NCBI GenBank assembly: GCA_963785305.1
Contig: CAWAUV010000007.1
Span: 2,144,001-2,208,000 of the forward strand
Origin: an uncultured Planctomycetaceae bacterium
GTDB taxonomy: Bacteria > Planctomycetota > Planctomycetia > Pirellulales > PALSA-1355
DNA length: 64,000 nucleotides
Direction: 5' to 3'
Position 1 is the first letter of the stretch; each line of letters starts with the position of its first letter. The position numbers and the translations under genes are program-made. Positions 28,312-39,500 of the stretch are shown here, piece by piece. Under the pieces are notes generated by a model. It had not been told where the DNA came from, did no database searches, and saw only the letters and a list, made by a program, of their open reading frames with translations.

Positions 28312-29466
28312 TCACAAATGCTTCGCCCGGCGGAATTCGCTCGGCGATTGGCCGGTGCGGAGCTTGAAGGCGGCGCTGAGATATTCCACATGGCGAAAGC
28401 CGGCCCGGTCGGCGATGGCCGTGAGGGGGAGATTCGTTTCTAGAAGAAGCTGCGTGACCCGCTCCATTTGGATGCGGCTGATCTCTTCGTGGGGAGTGTG
28501 TCCGACCTGTTTCTTGAATCGGGTCTCGAAGGCTCGTCGCGAGATCGCGAGCTTGCTCACGATGTGCTCGACATTGATCCCGTCGCAGGCGTGATCGCGA
28601 ATCAGCCGCATCGCCAGCGAGATTTGATCGTCGTCGATAATGAGCGCGTCGGTCGAACGCCGGGCCACGATGCCCAGCGGGGCGAGCAGCCGCTCGTCGG
28701 GCGGCGTCGGCTCGCCACGCATCATCGCGTCGAGCAGCGAAGCCGCCAGATAGCCCGCCCCCACCGAATCGGGAATCACGCTCGACAGACCCGGCTCCGA
28801 AAGATCGCAAAGCAGCTCGTCGTTGTCGACGCCGATCACGCCCACTTCCTCGGGCACGCGAATCTCGACGCGCCGGCAGACCTCGAGCACTTGCCAGCCG
28901 CGCGTATCGTAGCAGGCCATCACTCCCGCGGGTTTGGGCAGCGCGAGCAGCCACTGGGCGAGATCCGTCCGCCATTTTTCTTTCGAGCTCCGCGAACCCG
29001 CATCCTTTGTCTGATAAATCGAACACGACGCGTCGGCCTCGCGGGCCAATTCGACGAACTTCTTACATCGCTCTTGCGACCAAAAGAATCCGTCGTCGCC
29101 GCAGTAGCCGAAGTTGCGAAAACCGCGATTGCGCAAATGCTCGAAGGCCGAGGCGGCGATCGCCCGGTTGTCGGTCTCGAAGCGAGGCAGATGCCGGGCC
29201 ATGCGCGCGGCGCTGAGATTCACGGTCGGCCAGCCGGCGGCGAGCACGGCCTGGGCAATTTGCCGATTCTCGATCCGAGCCAAGATTCCGTCGCCCTGCC
29301 AATTGGCGATCCATTCCGGGTTGGGCATGCCGCGCCCCTGCTCGGGTAGATAGATCGACCAACTCTGGTGCTCGCGCACGAACTGGCGAATGCCGCGCAG
29401 CAGCCCGCGAGCATAGGAGTTCGAGACCTCAATCAGCAGCGCGACATGCGGGCGCTTTTTGATCAT
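28312..29466 (-). CDS. XylR-family transcriptional regulator (periplasmic-binding-fold sensor + AraC HTH)
   Basis: VALLIE.SNSYARGLLRGI, GDGILARI, LPKP.GVMACYD, VPEEV.VIGVDND, R.STD, SRR.FE.RFK..VG.TP, IA..AGF...YLS..FK..TG.SP..FR. Confidence 0.92.
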   Translation of the reverse strand: MIKKRPHVALLIEVSNSYARGLLRGIRQFVREHQSWSIYLPEQGRGMPNPEWIANWQGDGILARIENRQIAQAVLAAGWPTVNLSAARMARHLPRFETDNRAIAASAFEHLRNRGFRNFGYCGDDGFFWSQERCKKFVELAREADASCSIYQTKDAGSRSSKEKWRTDLAQWLLALPKPAGVMACYDTRGWQVLEVCRRVEIRVPEEVGVIGVDNDELLCDLSEPGLSSVIPDSVGAGYLAASLLDAMMRGEPTPPDERLLAPLGIVARRSTDALIIDDDQISLAMRLIRDHACDGINVEHIVSKLAISRRAFETRFKKQVGHTPHEEISRIQMERVTQLLLETNLPLTAIADRAGFRHVEYLSAAFKLRTGQSPSEFRRAKHL

Positions 29467-29676
29467 GCATCGGAGTCTCGCGGGTCCGTTGTCCACCTTG
29501 GGCTTTGATGCGTCGATCATCCCACGGCAAGCATCAATCTACCACAAAGCCGTGAAGTCACGAAGAAGGCCAACGACAACTCGGGCCGGAAAAGCGACGC
29601 GAGTGTTTCGCGCTGATCGCGGTTTATATTCGCGCGAGCATGGGCATGTCGCCCGCCGACGCCGTGGCCCAAGTGT

Positions 29677-31542
29677 TTAGGCCGCGATGCGGATCGGCCC
29701 GGCGGGGCAGCGAAGGTTGAAAAGGCCGAAGATTTCGCGCTGCGTGAGGCCCGGGCGCTCGTGCGGCTCGACATCGCTGAAGATCGTGTCGAAGATTTCG
29801 CGCTTTTCGCTGAGCACCTGGTCGATCCGCTGTTCGATCGTGTCGACGGCCAAGAACCGCGTGACCGTCACCGGGCCCGCCGCGCCGATGCGATGCGCGC
29901 GATTGATGGCCTGATCCTCGATCGCCGGATTCCACCAGCGGTCGAACAGAAACACATATTCGGAGAACTGCAAATTCAGGCCCACGCTGCCGGCCCCGTA
30001 ACTAATGAGCATCACATTGCTGCGCGGGTCCTCGCGAAACTGCTGAATCACGCCGTCGCGCTTGGCCGATGGAATCTTGCCATGAAATTCGAGCGGACGA
30101 AAAGCCGCCAGTCGCTCGGAAAGCGTCGTGATCGAATGGACCCATTGGCTGAAGACGATCGCCTTGCGTCCGCTGGCGGTCACTTCCTCGAGATCGGCCA
30201 CCAGCCGCTCGCACTTGGAACTGGCGCCGGTCGAGGGATCGAAATTGCAAATCTGCTTGAGCCGCAGCACCAACTCGAACACATGCTGAATCGTGAGGTC
30301 ATCACCCATTTCACCAAGCCGCACGACGCCTTCGTTTTCGGCCAGCGCGTAGCTCTCGCGCTGCTCCGGGCTCAGTTCCAGATCGGCGTCGCGAAATAGC
30401 TTGGGCGGCAGTTCGGTGAGCACCTTGTCCTTGGTGCGCCGCAGCACATAGGGACTCGCCGCGCGGCCGAGGGCCCGGGGCTTCATGTCGCTGGTCAATT
30501 GTCCGGGGGCGACGAATTCGAAGATGCCGACCAGGTCGTCGCCGCTATTTTCGATCGGGGTGCCGGTGAGGGCCCAACTGCGGCGCCGCGTGATCTCGCG
30601 CACCACTTGGCTCGTGGCGCCGGAGCGGTTCTTGATGCGTTGCGCTTCGTCGAGCACCACCAGATCAAACGCCAAGTTCTCGTCGGCCAGAATCTGCTTG
30701 TCGCGCTGCAGAATTTCGTAGTTGGCCACTTTCACCGGCGCGTCGCCCAGCAGCCATTGCCAGCGACGCCGGGCCGAATCGCCTTCGATCGCCACCAGCG
30801 GCAGTTCCGGCGCCCAACGGTGAAACTCGCGCTGCCAGTTCGTCACGAGCGGTTTCGGGCACACCAAGAGCGCCGAGCGAATCTCGCCGGCGTGCAAGAG
30901 CAAGCGAATCGCGGTGATCGCTTGCATCGTCTTGCCCAGCCCCATTTCGTCGGCCAGCACCGCCGCCACGCGCGGATACAAAAACGCGATCCCCTCGAGC
31001 TGATAGTCGAACGGATGAAAGGGAAACGCCAGCGAACTCGCTTGCAGCGACACCTCGAGCGCCGGCTGAAGCAGGTAATACAATCGGTCCTCGAGTTTGA
31101 TGCAATCATCGGGCGGGCGAATCCGCGTGGTCGATGCGGGCGCGTCGCGCGTCGGCGCTTCGAGCGAGGGCGCGTCGCTCCGTGCCGCCGGCGAGTCGCT
31201 TTTCACGGTCGCTTCGTTCCCGGGCCCAGTCGCGGCGGTTGGCGACTCGACACAGGCGGTCGCCGGCGCCGCCTTCGACTCCGCCTTGGCCCGCCAGCCA
31301 TCGAGATCGGGAAAGCGAAAGCTCGTGGTTCGTAGCTTGGGCGGCGCGATCGAAAACGATACCGCGCCCGGCCGCGACATTTGCGGGGCCACGCTCGCCA
31401 GCTTCACCCGCGGCCCGCGGGCCAGCGATGCTTGCCAGCCGGTGGCAAATAGCTCGACTCCCGTCGCGAGCGAAGCCGACCACACGGCCAGGGGAGCTGA
31501 ACACGTGGTCGGTGATTCCCGGTCCGATGGTTCGTCGATCAC
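29677..31542 (-). CDS. SNF2/SWI2-family helicase-like ATPase
   Basis: LADEMGLGKT, DEAQRIKN, LTGTPIEN, LRRTK, VFSQW, GLNLQ, WWNPAIEDQAINRAHRIG. GTG start overlaps the upstream TGA. Confidence 0.93.
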   Translation of the reverse strand: MIDEPSDRESPTTCSAPLAVWSASLATGVELFATGWQASLARGPRVKLASVAPQMSRPGAVSFSIAPPKLRTTSFRFPDLDGWRAKAESKAAPATACVESPTAATGPGNEATVKSDSPAARSDAPSLEAPTRDAPASTTRIRPPDDCIKLEDRLYYLLQPALEVSLQASSLAFPFHPFDYQLEGIAFLYPRVAAVLADEMGLGKTMQAITAIRLLLHAGEIRSALLVCPKPLVTNWQREFHRWAPELPLVAIEGDSARRRWQWLLGDAPVKVANYEILQRDKQILADENLAFDLVVLDEAQRIKNRSGATSQVVREITRRRSWALTGTPIENSGDDLVGIFEFVAPGQLTSDMKPRALGRAASPYVLRRTKDKVLTELPPKLFRDADLELSPEQRESYALAENEGVVRLGEMGDDLTIQHVFELVLRLKQICNFDPSTGASSKCERLVADLEEVTASGRKAIVFSQWVHSITTLSERLAAFRPLEFHGKIPSAKRDGVIQQFREDPRSNVMLISYGAGSVGLNLQFSEYVFLFDRWWNPAIEDQAINRAHRIGAAGPVTVTRFLAVDTIEQRIDQVLSEKREIFDTIFSDVEPHERPGLTQREIFGLFNLRCPAGPIRIAA

Positions 31543-32231
31543 GCTCGCCCCACTTTATGCGCCTCGTCGATCGCGTCGTGAATGCGCCCGAACGGCTCCG
31601 AAAGATCGAAATCGCGGACGGACGCAAGGCGCTCCAGGATCGTCTGCTCGTCGCCGGCCTCGCTGGCCAGCACCGCCAGATGATTGCGACCCAGGTGAAA
31701 GGTATTGAGGTTTTCGCCAAGCACATGGGCCCGATCGGCTCGCCACATGCGTCGCGAGTTCAAAGGCTCGCCCAGTGTTTCGGCCGGCGGTTCGTCGCGC
31801 GCCTCCTTGCCGACAGGGGCCTCGCTCGCCACGGGCTGGCCAGGGGCCTCGCTTCCGGCGGCTTTGAACTCGGGGCCCGCCTGCGCTTGGCCGACCGCCG
31901 CCACCTGAGTCAGCACAAGCGCCACCGGCGATTGGGCAAACGCCCGCGCCCCGAGCGCCAGGGCCACATCGGTGCAGACCATCGCGGGCCAAGCGGCGCC
32001 TTTGGTCAGGAGCGTTTGGCCAATTTGCTCGCCGTAGAGAAAAGGCTGCAAGGTCGGGCCGTACAATATCTGCTGCGCGCGGCTGGGCTTCACCGGCGCG
32101 GTGCAATGGAATTCCAGGGGTCGCCCGCTCGCGTTGAGAATCAAATAGCCGCCGACGAGCCCGAGTTGGGCATGTTCGACGACACTCAGAAAGCCGATCG
32201 TGGGCGATGAATCGCCATCGCGTCCGCCCAT
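31539..32231 (-). CDS. hypothetical protein coupled to the SNF2 gene
   Basis: GGYLILN..GRPLEFHCTAPVKP.RAQ.ILYG and EPF.RI..AI.EA blocks; GGAGA RBS; GTGA overlap with the SNF2 gene. Confidence 0.75.
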   Translation of the reverse strand: MGGRDGDSSPTIGFLSVVEHAQLGLVGGYLILNASGRPLEFHCTAPVKPSRAQQILYGPTLQPFLYGEQIGQTLLTKGAAWPAMVCTDVALALGARAFAQSPVALVLTQVAAVGQAQAGPEFKAAGSEAPGQPVASEAPVGKEARDEPPAETLGEPLNSRRMWRADRAHVLGENLNTFHLGRNHLAVLASEAGDEQTILERLASVRDFDLSEPFGRIHDAIDEAHKVGRA

Positions 32232-32596
32232 GCAAAGTCTCCCCTCCTGAAGCTGGCAGCAAGATGTCGCGGAATCATTTTTTGCGCTCGGCGATGTGGA
32301 GTTTCACGTCCGGTCGTGAGCCGGCGGAGCGCTGCAAACTGGATCGGGCCGCCGTGGGCGGCGACTTTAGGCTTCCGGCCAGCGTGACCCCGGGAGGCCA
32401 GAAGCGAGCCAAAAATGAAAATCCAGGTAGTTTGCGGCGACATTAACGGCCTTGGTCGCCCTTCGCGCCGGCGCCACCGGCCCCCCGAGATGACGAAAAC
32501 CTGTCGCTTTTTGGCGCAAATAGTAGCCGCCAGCGACGCAGCCAGTTACAATCGAAGCATTGCTCGTCGGGACAAACTTTTTTCGGGAGACTTTTC

Positions 32597-33058
32597 ATGA
32601 GTCATGAGCAGCCGGCCAGTTCGCTCTTCACGCAGGTCGACATCGGGGCCGGAGCGCAACTGGGTCGTCCCCGCGAAAGCCAAGCCGCCGACGAGCATTT
32701 GGTGGTGCTGCGAAATCTGCTCGCGGCCCAAGATCGGCAAAATGAGCTGCTCGAAGAGCTCACCGGCCAAATGGCCTCCGCCCAGCGGCAGCGGAATTCG
32801 GAGCTCGGCCAGTGGAAGCAGGCCAACCCGGCATTGGCTCGCAGTTGTCGCACCGCCGCCGAAGCGCTGAGCCGGGTGCAGCTTCAGTTCTTGCAGACCA
32901 TGACCGAGGAAATCAACGAAAACGTCGAGTCGCTAGTCGATGGGGAATTCATGCTCAGCGAATTCATCGACCGCTTCGGACCGCGCATGGCCCATTTGAA
33001 CGGCATGCTCCAAGTGCTGGCCCAACTGAGCAGCACTCCAAACCCGACGAACGGTTGA
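32597..33058 (+). CDS. hypothetical helical protein
   Basis: GGAGA RBS; coiled coil QDRQNELLEEL and EF.LSEFIDRFGPR.AHLNG.LQVL.QL. Confidence 0.75.
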   Translation: MSHEQPASSLFTQVDIGAGAQLGRPRESQAADEHLVVLRNLLAAQDRQNELLEELTGQMASAQRQRNSELGQWKQANPALARSCRTAAEALSRVQLQFLQTMTEEINENVESLVDGEFMLSEFIDRFGPRMAHLNGMLQVLAQLSSTPNPTNG

Positions 33059-33295
33059 GCGGCTTGGTCGACAAAATGTCGCGTATTGCCCTCTGACGTT
33101 CCGCGCACTGTTCCTTGTACGCGCGGGTAACAGCCAAGCCGTCTCATTCGTTGGCTGATCGCGACTGTCCGGCGATTTGGCACATGAACTTTTGTTCGGC
33201 GAACTCGAACGCCCCTTCGTTCCGGTCGCCTCTTTTGCCGCATTTCGCGACGGCACACTTTCCCCCGTTTTATTTTCGTTATATCCCGGGAACGG

Positions 33296-33324
33296 TTGCA
33301 GGGGTTTTGCCGCCAAACTATGCT
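33296..33324 (+). promoter_or_regulatory. candidate sigma70-type promoter for PEP-CTERM gene 3
   Basis: TTGCAG, 17-nt spacer, TATGCT, preceded by an AT-rich tract. Confidence 0.4.
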
Positions 33325-33521
33325 GCTTGATTGAAGCGGCTGGCGGTTCGGACGAAAACCTCGCGAGGGGCGCCGCTACTCCCGGGTTTCGTCGCATGTC
33401 TTTCAGCCTGACCGGCGCCGGGCGCGGAATCCGGGCGGATGCGGCCGATTGTGAATTCCCGCCGATGCCGAGAATTTCCCGAAATGCGTCGTCTCGCAAG
33501 GTTCCGTTGATGCTCGATTTG

Positions 33522-36500
33522 ATGAACTCCCACAAGTTCGGCTCGGATTCGCGATTGCGATCACGGCGCGCCATGCTTTGCTGGGCGCTTTTCGCGATCA
33601 GCGCCATGTGCTTCCCATTGCGCGCCACGCTCAAAGCGATTATTGGTCGGGCGCCACGAGCGGCAATTTCTCGATTGCCGGAAACTGAAGCGCCAACACT
33701 CTGCCGAGCAGTAACGATTCCTTGATATTCGGCGCCGCCGGCACAAGCGGGCTCGACCTCGACAACGATCTCACGAGCAGTGCCTTCAATATCGCCGGCA
33801 TCACCTTCAGCTCCGGCGCGGCCGCCTTCGTAATCGGCGATGGAACAACGAACACGTATTCCGGCGCGGGCGCCGGAAACGCGTTTGCCCTCACAGGCGG
33901 AATCACCAATAGCGGCACGAATCTCGAAACGATCAACAACCCGTTCAGCATCGCGGCGACCCAAACCTTCACCACCACCGCCGGCGGCGGCAATCTCACC
34001 TTTGGTGGAGCGATCAGCGGCGTGGGCGGAATCACCGCGGCGGGCGCCGGCACGGTGACTTTGGCCGGCGCCGATACCTACGGCGGAACCACCACGCTGA
34101 ACAGCGGGACACTCATCATCACGGGCACGAATTCCGGCGGCGGCGCCATCGCGCTCAACGGGACCAACACCACGCTCACCTTCAACTCGAGCGGAACCGT
34201 CGCCACGAGCGGGATCAGCATCTTTCCCAGCTCGGGCTCCAACGAGACGATGAACATTAGTGGCGGCACGCTGCTGGTGGGATCGAACGGGATTCAGGCA
34301 ATTGGCGGAAATCACGGCGCCATTGTCTTCAACGGCGGCACGCTCAAGTCATCGACCGCCTTCACGATCTCGGGCAGCATCCCGATTTCGAGCCCCTCCG
34401 GCACGAGCACGATCGACACCTCGGGCGGAAATATCACCTCCGGCTCCGGCTTCGGCTATACCGCCAGTCCCGGTCAAATGGTGATTCAAGGTGGCAACAC
34501 CTTCGCGACGCCCTTCGACGCGGGCCAAACCGGCGTGGTGACCGTGACCGGCGCCGGAACGACTTTGCAGTTCAATGGCAACGTGGTCAGCACGATCACC
34601 GCCGCCGTGACCGTGAATGCCCTCGCGAAGATCGACCTGGACGGAGACATCGATAAGAACGCGGTCAGCCTTGGCGGCCTCAACGGCGCCGGCACGGTGA
34701 TTAACTCATCCACCACGCAGCCGACGACACTCACGCTCAACGGCGTCGGCGGCGCATTTCAGCGGCGCGATTGCTCCGTCGACCGCTAACTTGATTTCGC
34801 TAAACGTTTCCCTGCCGAGCGCCAACACGCAAACGCTCAGCGGCGCCAATACCTATACCGGCGCCACGAACATCACCAGCGGCACACTCGCGCTCGGCGC
34901 CGGCGGTAGCCTCGGCGCCACGGCCGTGACCGTGTCGAGTGGCGGAACCCTCGCCGCGCTGCCCGCCACGAACAGCGGCGCCAACGCGCTTGGCGGCTCG
35001 CTCACGCTCAATGCCGGCAGCAACTTCTCGATGGCCGATGGCGCGGCGAGCACGCTCAACATCGCCGGCGCCGCGGCTTTCAAGGGCGCGAACCTCACCT
35101 TTGATCTCGTCTCGAATTCCGGACTCGCCGCCGACCAAATCTCCGCGGGAGCCGCCGCCTCGGTCTCCGGCGCCAACAAGATCACGATCGACTACACCGG
35201 CGCCGCCCCGCCGACCGGCAACTACGTGCTCATTAGCGACGCGGCTGGTGGCCTCACCGGGGCCAACAATTTCGCGGTCGCGAGCGGATCGATCACGGTC
35301 GGGGGCAGCACCTACCCGGTGTCGCTCTCGAATTCGGCCACTGCGGAAACCCTCGTCATTGGCCCGGCCAGCACCGCCGCTTCCGTCTACTACACCGGAA
35401 ACGCCAGCCAGACCACGCTCAACGCCACGGCAAGTGGTGGCACGGTGACGAATTTCTCGTCCAGCAGCACCGGAACTCCCGACTTCGGCGCCCAGCCGAA
35501 TTCGCTCGACAATGTGTATTTCACGGCCACGGCCGGCAGCGGCGTCGGTTCGGCGCAAAACATTACGTCACTCGGTCAAGGCTACGCCTTCAATAGCCTC
35601 GACTTCACTAGCAACTCGCCCGCGATCACGATTACCGACAGCACGAACAACCTGACGCTCTACGGCGGAATCACCGACACCGCGGCGACCAACCAAACGC
35701 TCAATGTGCCGTTGACGCTCTCGGGCAGCACGCAAACGATCGGCAACAGCGGCGCCGGCCTCTTGACCCTGGGCGGCCCGATCGCCACCACGCTCACCAC
35801 GCTCACCACCAGCGGCTCGGGCAATATCGCGCTCGGGGCAATCAGCGGCTCGACCGGGCTCGCGGTCAGTGGACCCGGCTCGCTCACGCTGAATGGCGCG
35901 AATGCCTATTTCGGCGCAACCGCGATCGCCGGGCCGACCATCGTCGCCGGTTCGTTTGGAAACACGGCGATCACGGTCAATACCGGCGGCTCCTTGGCTT
36001 TGAACAATGCCTCGGCCGTGAGCCAGAACACGCTCACTGTCGCCGGCGGCTCACTGACGGAATCGGTCGCCAATGCAATCAGCGGGTCGACCTCCGTGGT
36101 CTTTTCGAGCGGCGCCGCGAATCTCTCGCAAGCCAATAGCTTCACCGGCGCCACCACGCTCAGCGGCGCAACGCTAACGCTGGGCGCCAATGGCTCGCTC
36201 GGCACATCGTCGAGTTTGACGATTGGCGGCAGTGGCAGCGTGCTCCAGTCAAGTGTCGCGGCGCTGAGTTTGCCCTCGACGACGCCGGTGACCTTGAACT
36301 CGAGTTGGACCGCCTCGGGCGCCAACGCAATCACGATCAATGGCACGCTTACCTCGAGCGCCAACAGCACCATCACCAACAACATCACCGGCGCCAATTC
36401 GCTCACGTTCGCGGGAAACGTCGCGCTGTCCAACGGTGTCAACGCCCAAGCCCTCACGCTCACTGGCGCCGGTTCAACGATTATCAGTGGCGTGACCGCC

Positions 36501-39500
36501 AATGGCGGCACGAGCGCCACCGGCAGCACGCTCACCTACAGCGGCGCCGGCGAATTGACCTTGGCCGGAGCCAACACCTTCGGGCTCGTGTCCACCGCGG
36601 CCAATGGCACCTCGGTCACGCTCAATAGCGGCACGCTCAATTTGACGAACACCAGCGCCCTGGGCGCCAACGGCGGCACGCTGAGCATTAACGGCCCCTC
36701 GACCGCGATCCTCTCGACCGACACGCCTTTTGGCAACGGTGGCAGCTCCGGCACGACGGCAAATCCGGTGTATAGCGTCTTCTTTGGAAACAGCATCGCC
36801 GTCTTGCCGAACTACAGCGCCACGATCGAGCTCAACCGCGCCACCTCCGGCGCCACGACGCCGATTACGCAAAACTTCGGCACGCTTGATTTCAGCCTAC
36901 TGGGAGGCCATCCCGGCACGCTCGATATCACCGCCGGTCCCAACGCGCCAACGGGCGCCTTGGACACGATCGCCTTCACGAGTTTCTTGCCGGGCAATGG
37001 AAACACCGTGACGGAGACGCTCGTGCCCACGGGCGGCAATATCAGCATCGGTACGGTAGCGCCTTTTGCAAACGCCGCCGTGACCGTCGATCTCGATGGC
37101 ACTACCGCTGGCAACGTCATCACTGGCGCGATCAGCGGCGGCGCGATCATGCTGATCGACAAAACAAACATCAGCGCCTGGACCCTTTCCGGAACAAGCA
37201 CCTACACCGGCGCGACCAGCATCACCGGCGGCACGCTAGCCCTGGGCAACGGCGGCAATCTGGGCGCGACGGCCGTCTCGGTCGGAAGCGGAGCAACCCT
37301 GGCGGTGACGCCCGCGGTGAGCAGCGCCACGAACGCTCTGGGCGGTTCGCTCACACTCAGCGCCGGCAGCAGTTTCACGATGGCCGATAGCGTGGCCAGC
37401 ACCGCCACTGTCGCTGGCGCCGCGTCGCTCGCCGGAGCGCATTTGACCTTCGACCTCGCTGGCGCCACTCCGACCGCCGATCAATTGCAACTCAACAACA
37501 CGAGCGTCACGGTCTCGGGATCGAACACCATCACGATCGACTACACCAGCGGCTCGACCTCGCCCACGGGAACCTACACCCTGATTAGCGCCCCAAACGC
37601 CACCTCGGGCTCGCTCACCCCGGCGGATTTTTCGCTCACCGTGGGTCGCGTTGTGTATAACGGCGTGGCCTATTCGCTCGCGCTCGCCAACTCGGGCACG
37701 GCCGAGCAGTTGGTTGTCGGCGCCACGAGCGCCGCGGCCAGCGCGTACTACACCGGAAACGCCAGCGGTTCCACGCTCAACGCGACCGCCAGTGGCGGCA
37801 CGGTCACCAACTTTTCCTCGAGCAGCAGCGGTAGCCCCGACTTGGGAACGCAACCAGGCTCGCTGACGGATCTCTATTTCTCGGCGTCGGGCGCCACCGG
37901 CGCGGTGAATATCACCTCGCTCGGACAAAGCTACTCTCTCAATAGCTTGAACTTCACGAGCACGGCCGGCGCAACCACGATCTCCGACGCGAGCCACACC
38001 ATCTCGCTCTATTACGGCGGCCTGACCGATCAAAGCGCCAATGCGGCCACAATCAACGCCGGCGTGATATTGGCCACTCCGCAGACCTGGACCAATAGCG
38101 GCGCCGCCACGCTCACCTTGGGCGATGGCGTCACCGCCGGGACCAACCTCCTCACCTTCGCCGGCTCGGGCGCCACCACGATTTCGGGCACGGCGGCCTA
38201 CGCCACCTCCGCGGGATTCACGGTCGCCAGCGGCGCGGGGCATGTGACAATCAGCGCTCCGGTCACGGTTGGCGCCGCCCAAACTTGGACGAATAACAGC
38301 AGCAATGCCATGACCATCAGCGGCGGCATTACCGCGGGCGCCAATTTGCTCACCTTCGCCGGCTCGGGCGCCACGACGATCTCGGGAACCGCCGCGTTTA
38401 GCACTTCGGCGGGATTCACGGTCGCCAGCGGCGCCGGTCAAGTGACGATCAGCGCTCCGGTCACGCTCGGCGCGGCCCAAACCTGGACCAACAACAGCAC
38501 GACTCCCGTCGCGATCAACGGCGCGGTAACCAATTCCGGCGACCTGCTTACGCTTACCGGTTCGGGTGGCGGATCGATCAGTGGGGCAATCACGGGTACT
38601 GGCGGCTTGACGGTAAATGGCGGAACCTGGACCTCGAGCAGCAGCGCGACGACATTCAGCGGAGCGATCACCATCGGCGCGGCCACGCTCAGCTTGGCCA
38701 ATGAAAACATCACGAATCCAAGCGCGAGCGTCACTGTCGGCAATGTGGCAAGCGCCACCGGCACATTAAATTTCCAAAGCGGCGCCTACAGCTTTGGAAA
38801 CGGAGCCCTCTATGCGGGCTCGGGCGGCTCGACGACCGGCATCGTCAACCAGACCGGGGGAACCGTGACCGTTTCCGCTGGTTTGGGACTGCTGCTGGGT
38901 AATTCATCAAACGGTTCAATCACCAACGTGAGCACGGGTATCTACAATCTCAGCGCGGGAGAGCTCACCGCCGGCGCCGCGAATAGCCGCGGCGTGATGA
39001 TGGGCGTGAACACCTATGCTCAGACCACGTTCAACCTCAGTGGAACCGGCAACCTCTATATGCCCACCGCGGAGCTTGCGATCGGTCGCAACGACAGGCG
39101 CAAAGCTACACGACGGACACCTTCAACCAAACCGGCGGCACGGCCAGCGTCCAATATTTGAGCATCGGCGGAGTCAACGGCGCGACGAACGATATCGCCA
39201 CGATGACGCTCACCGGTGGAACCTTCACCGCCCAAAGCTTTCAGACGATCGCCGGCGGAACCAATAGCTCCGCGGCGATCACGATCGGCGGCACGGCCCA
39301 AGTGACTTTGCCCGCCTTCGCCACCAATTCCCTGGGCGCCGGCTCGACTTCGACGATCACCTTCGATGGCGGCACGCTGTTGCCCTATGCCTCGAGCGCC
39401 GCCTACATGAGCGGTCTCACCCATGCCTATCTCACGCCCAACGGCGCCAACATCAACACCAATAATTTCAATATCACCATCGCCCAGCCGCTAGTCGACT

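Noticed and set aside
33178..33195. sigma54 promoter at TGGCAC
   Set aside because: The -12 TTGC element is missing at the required spacing.
23700..33630. Phase variation at the signal-peptide junction of all three PEP-CTERM genes
   Set aside because: All three have a 1-nt loss there, but there is no long homopolymer or SSR tract, and each site is in the error-prone GCGC context.
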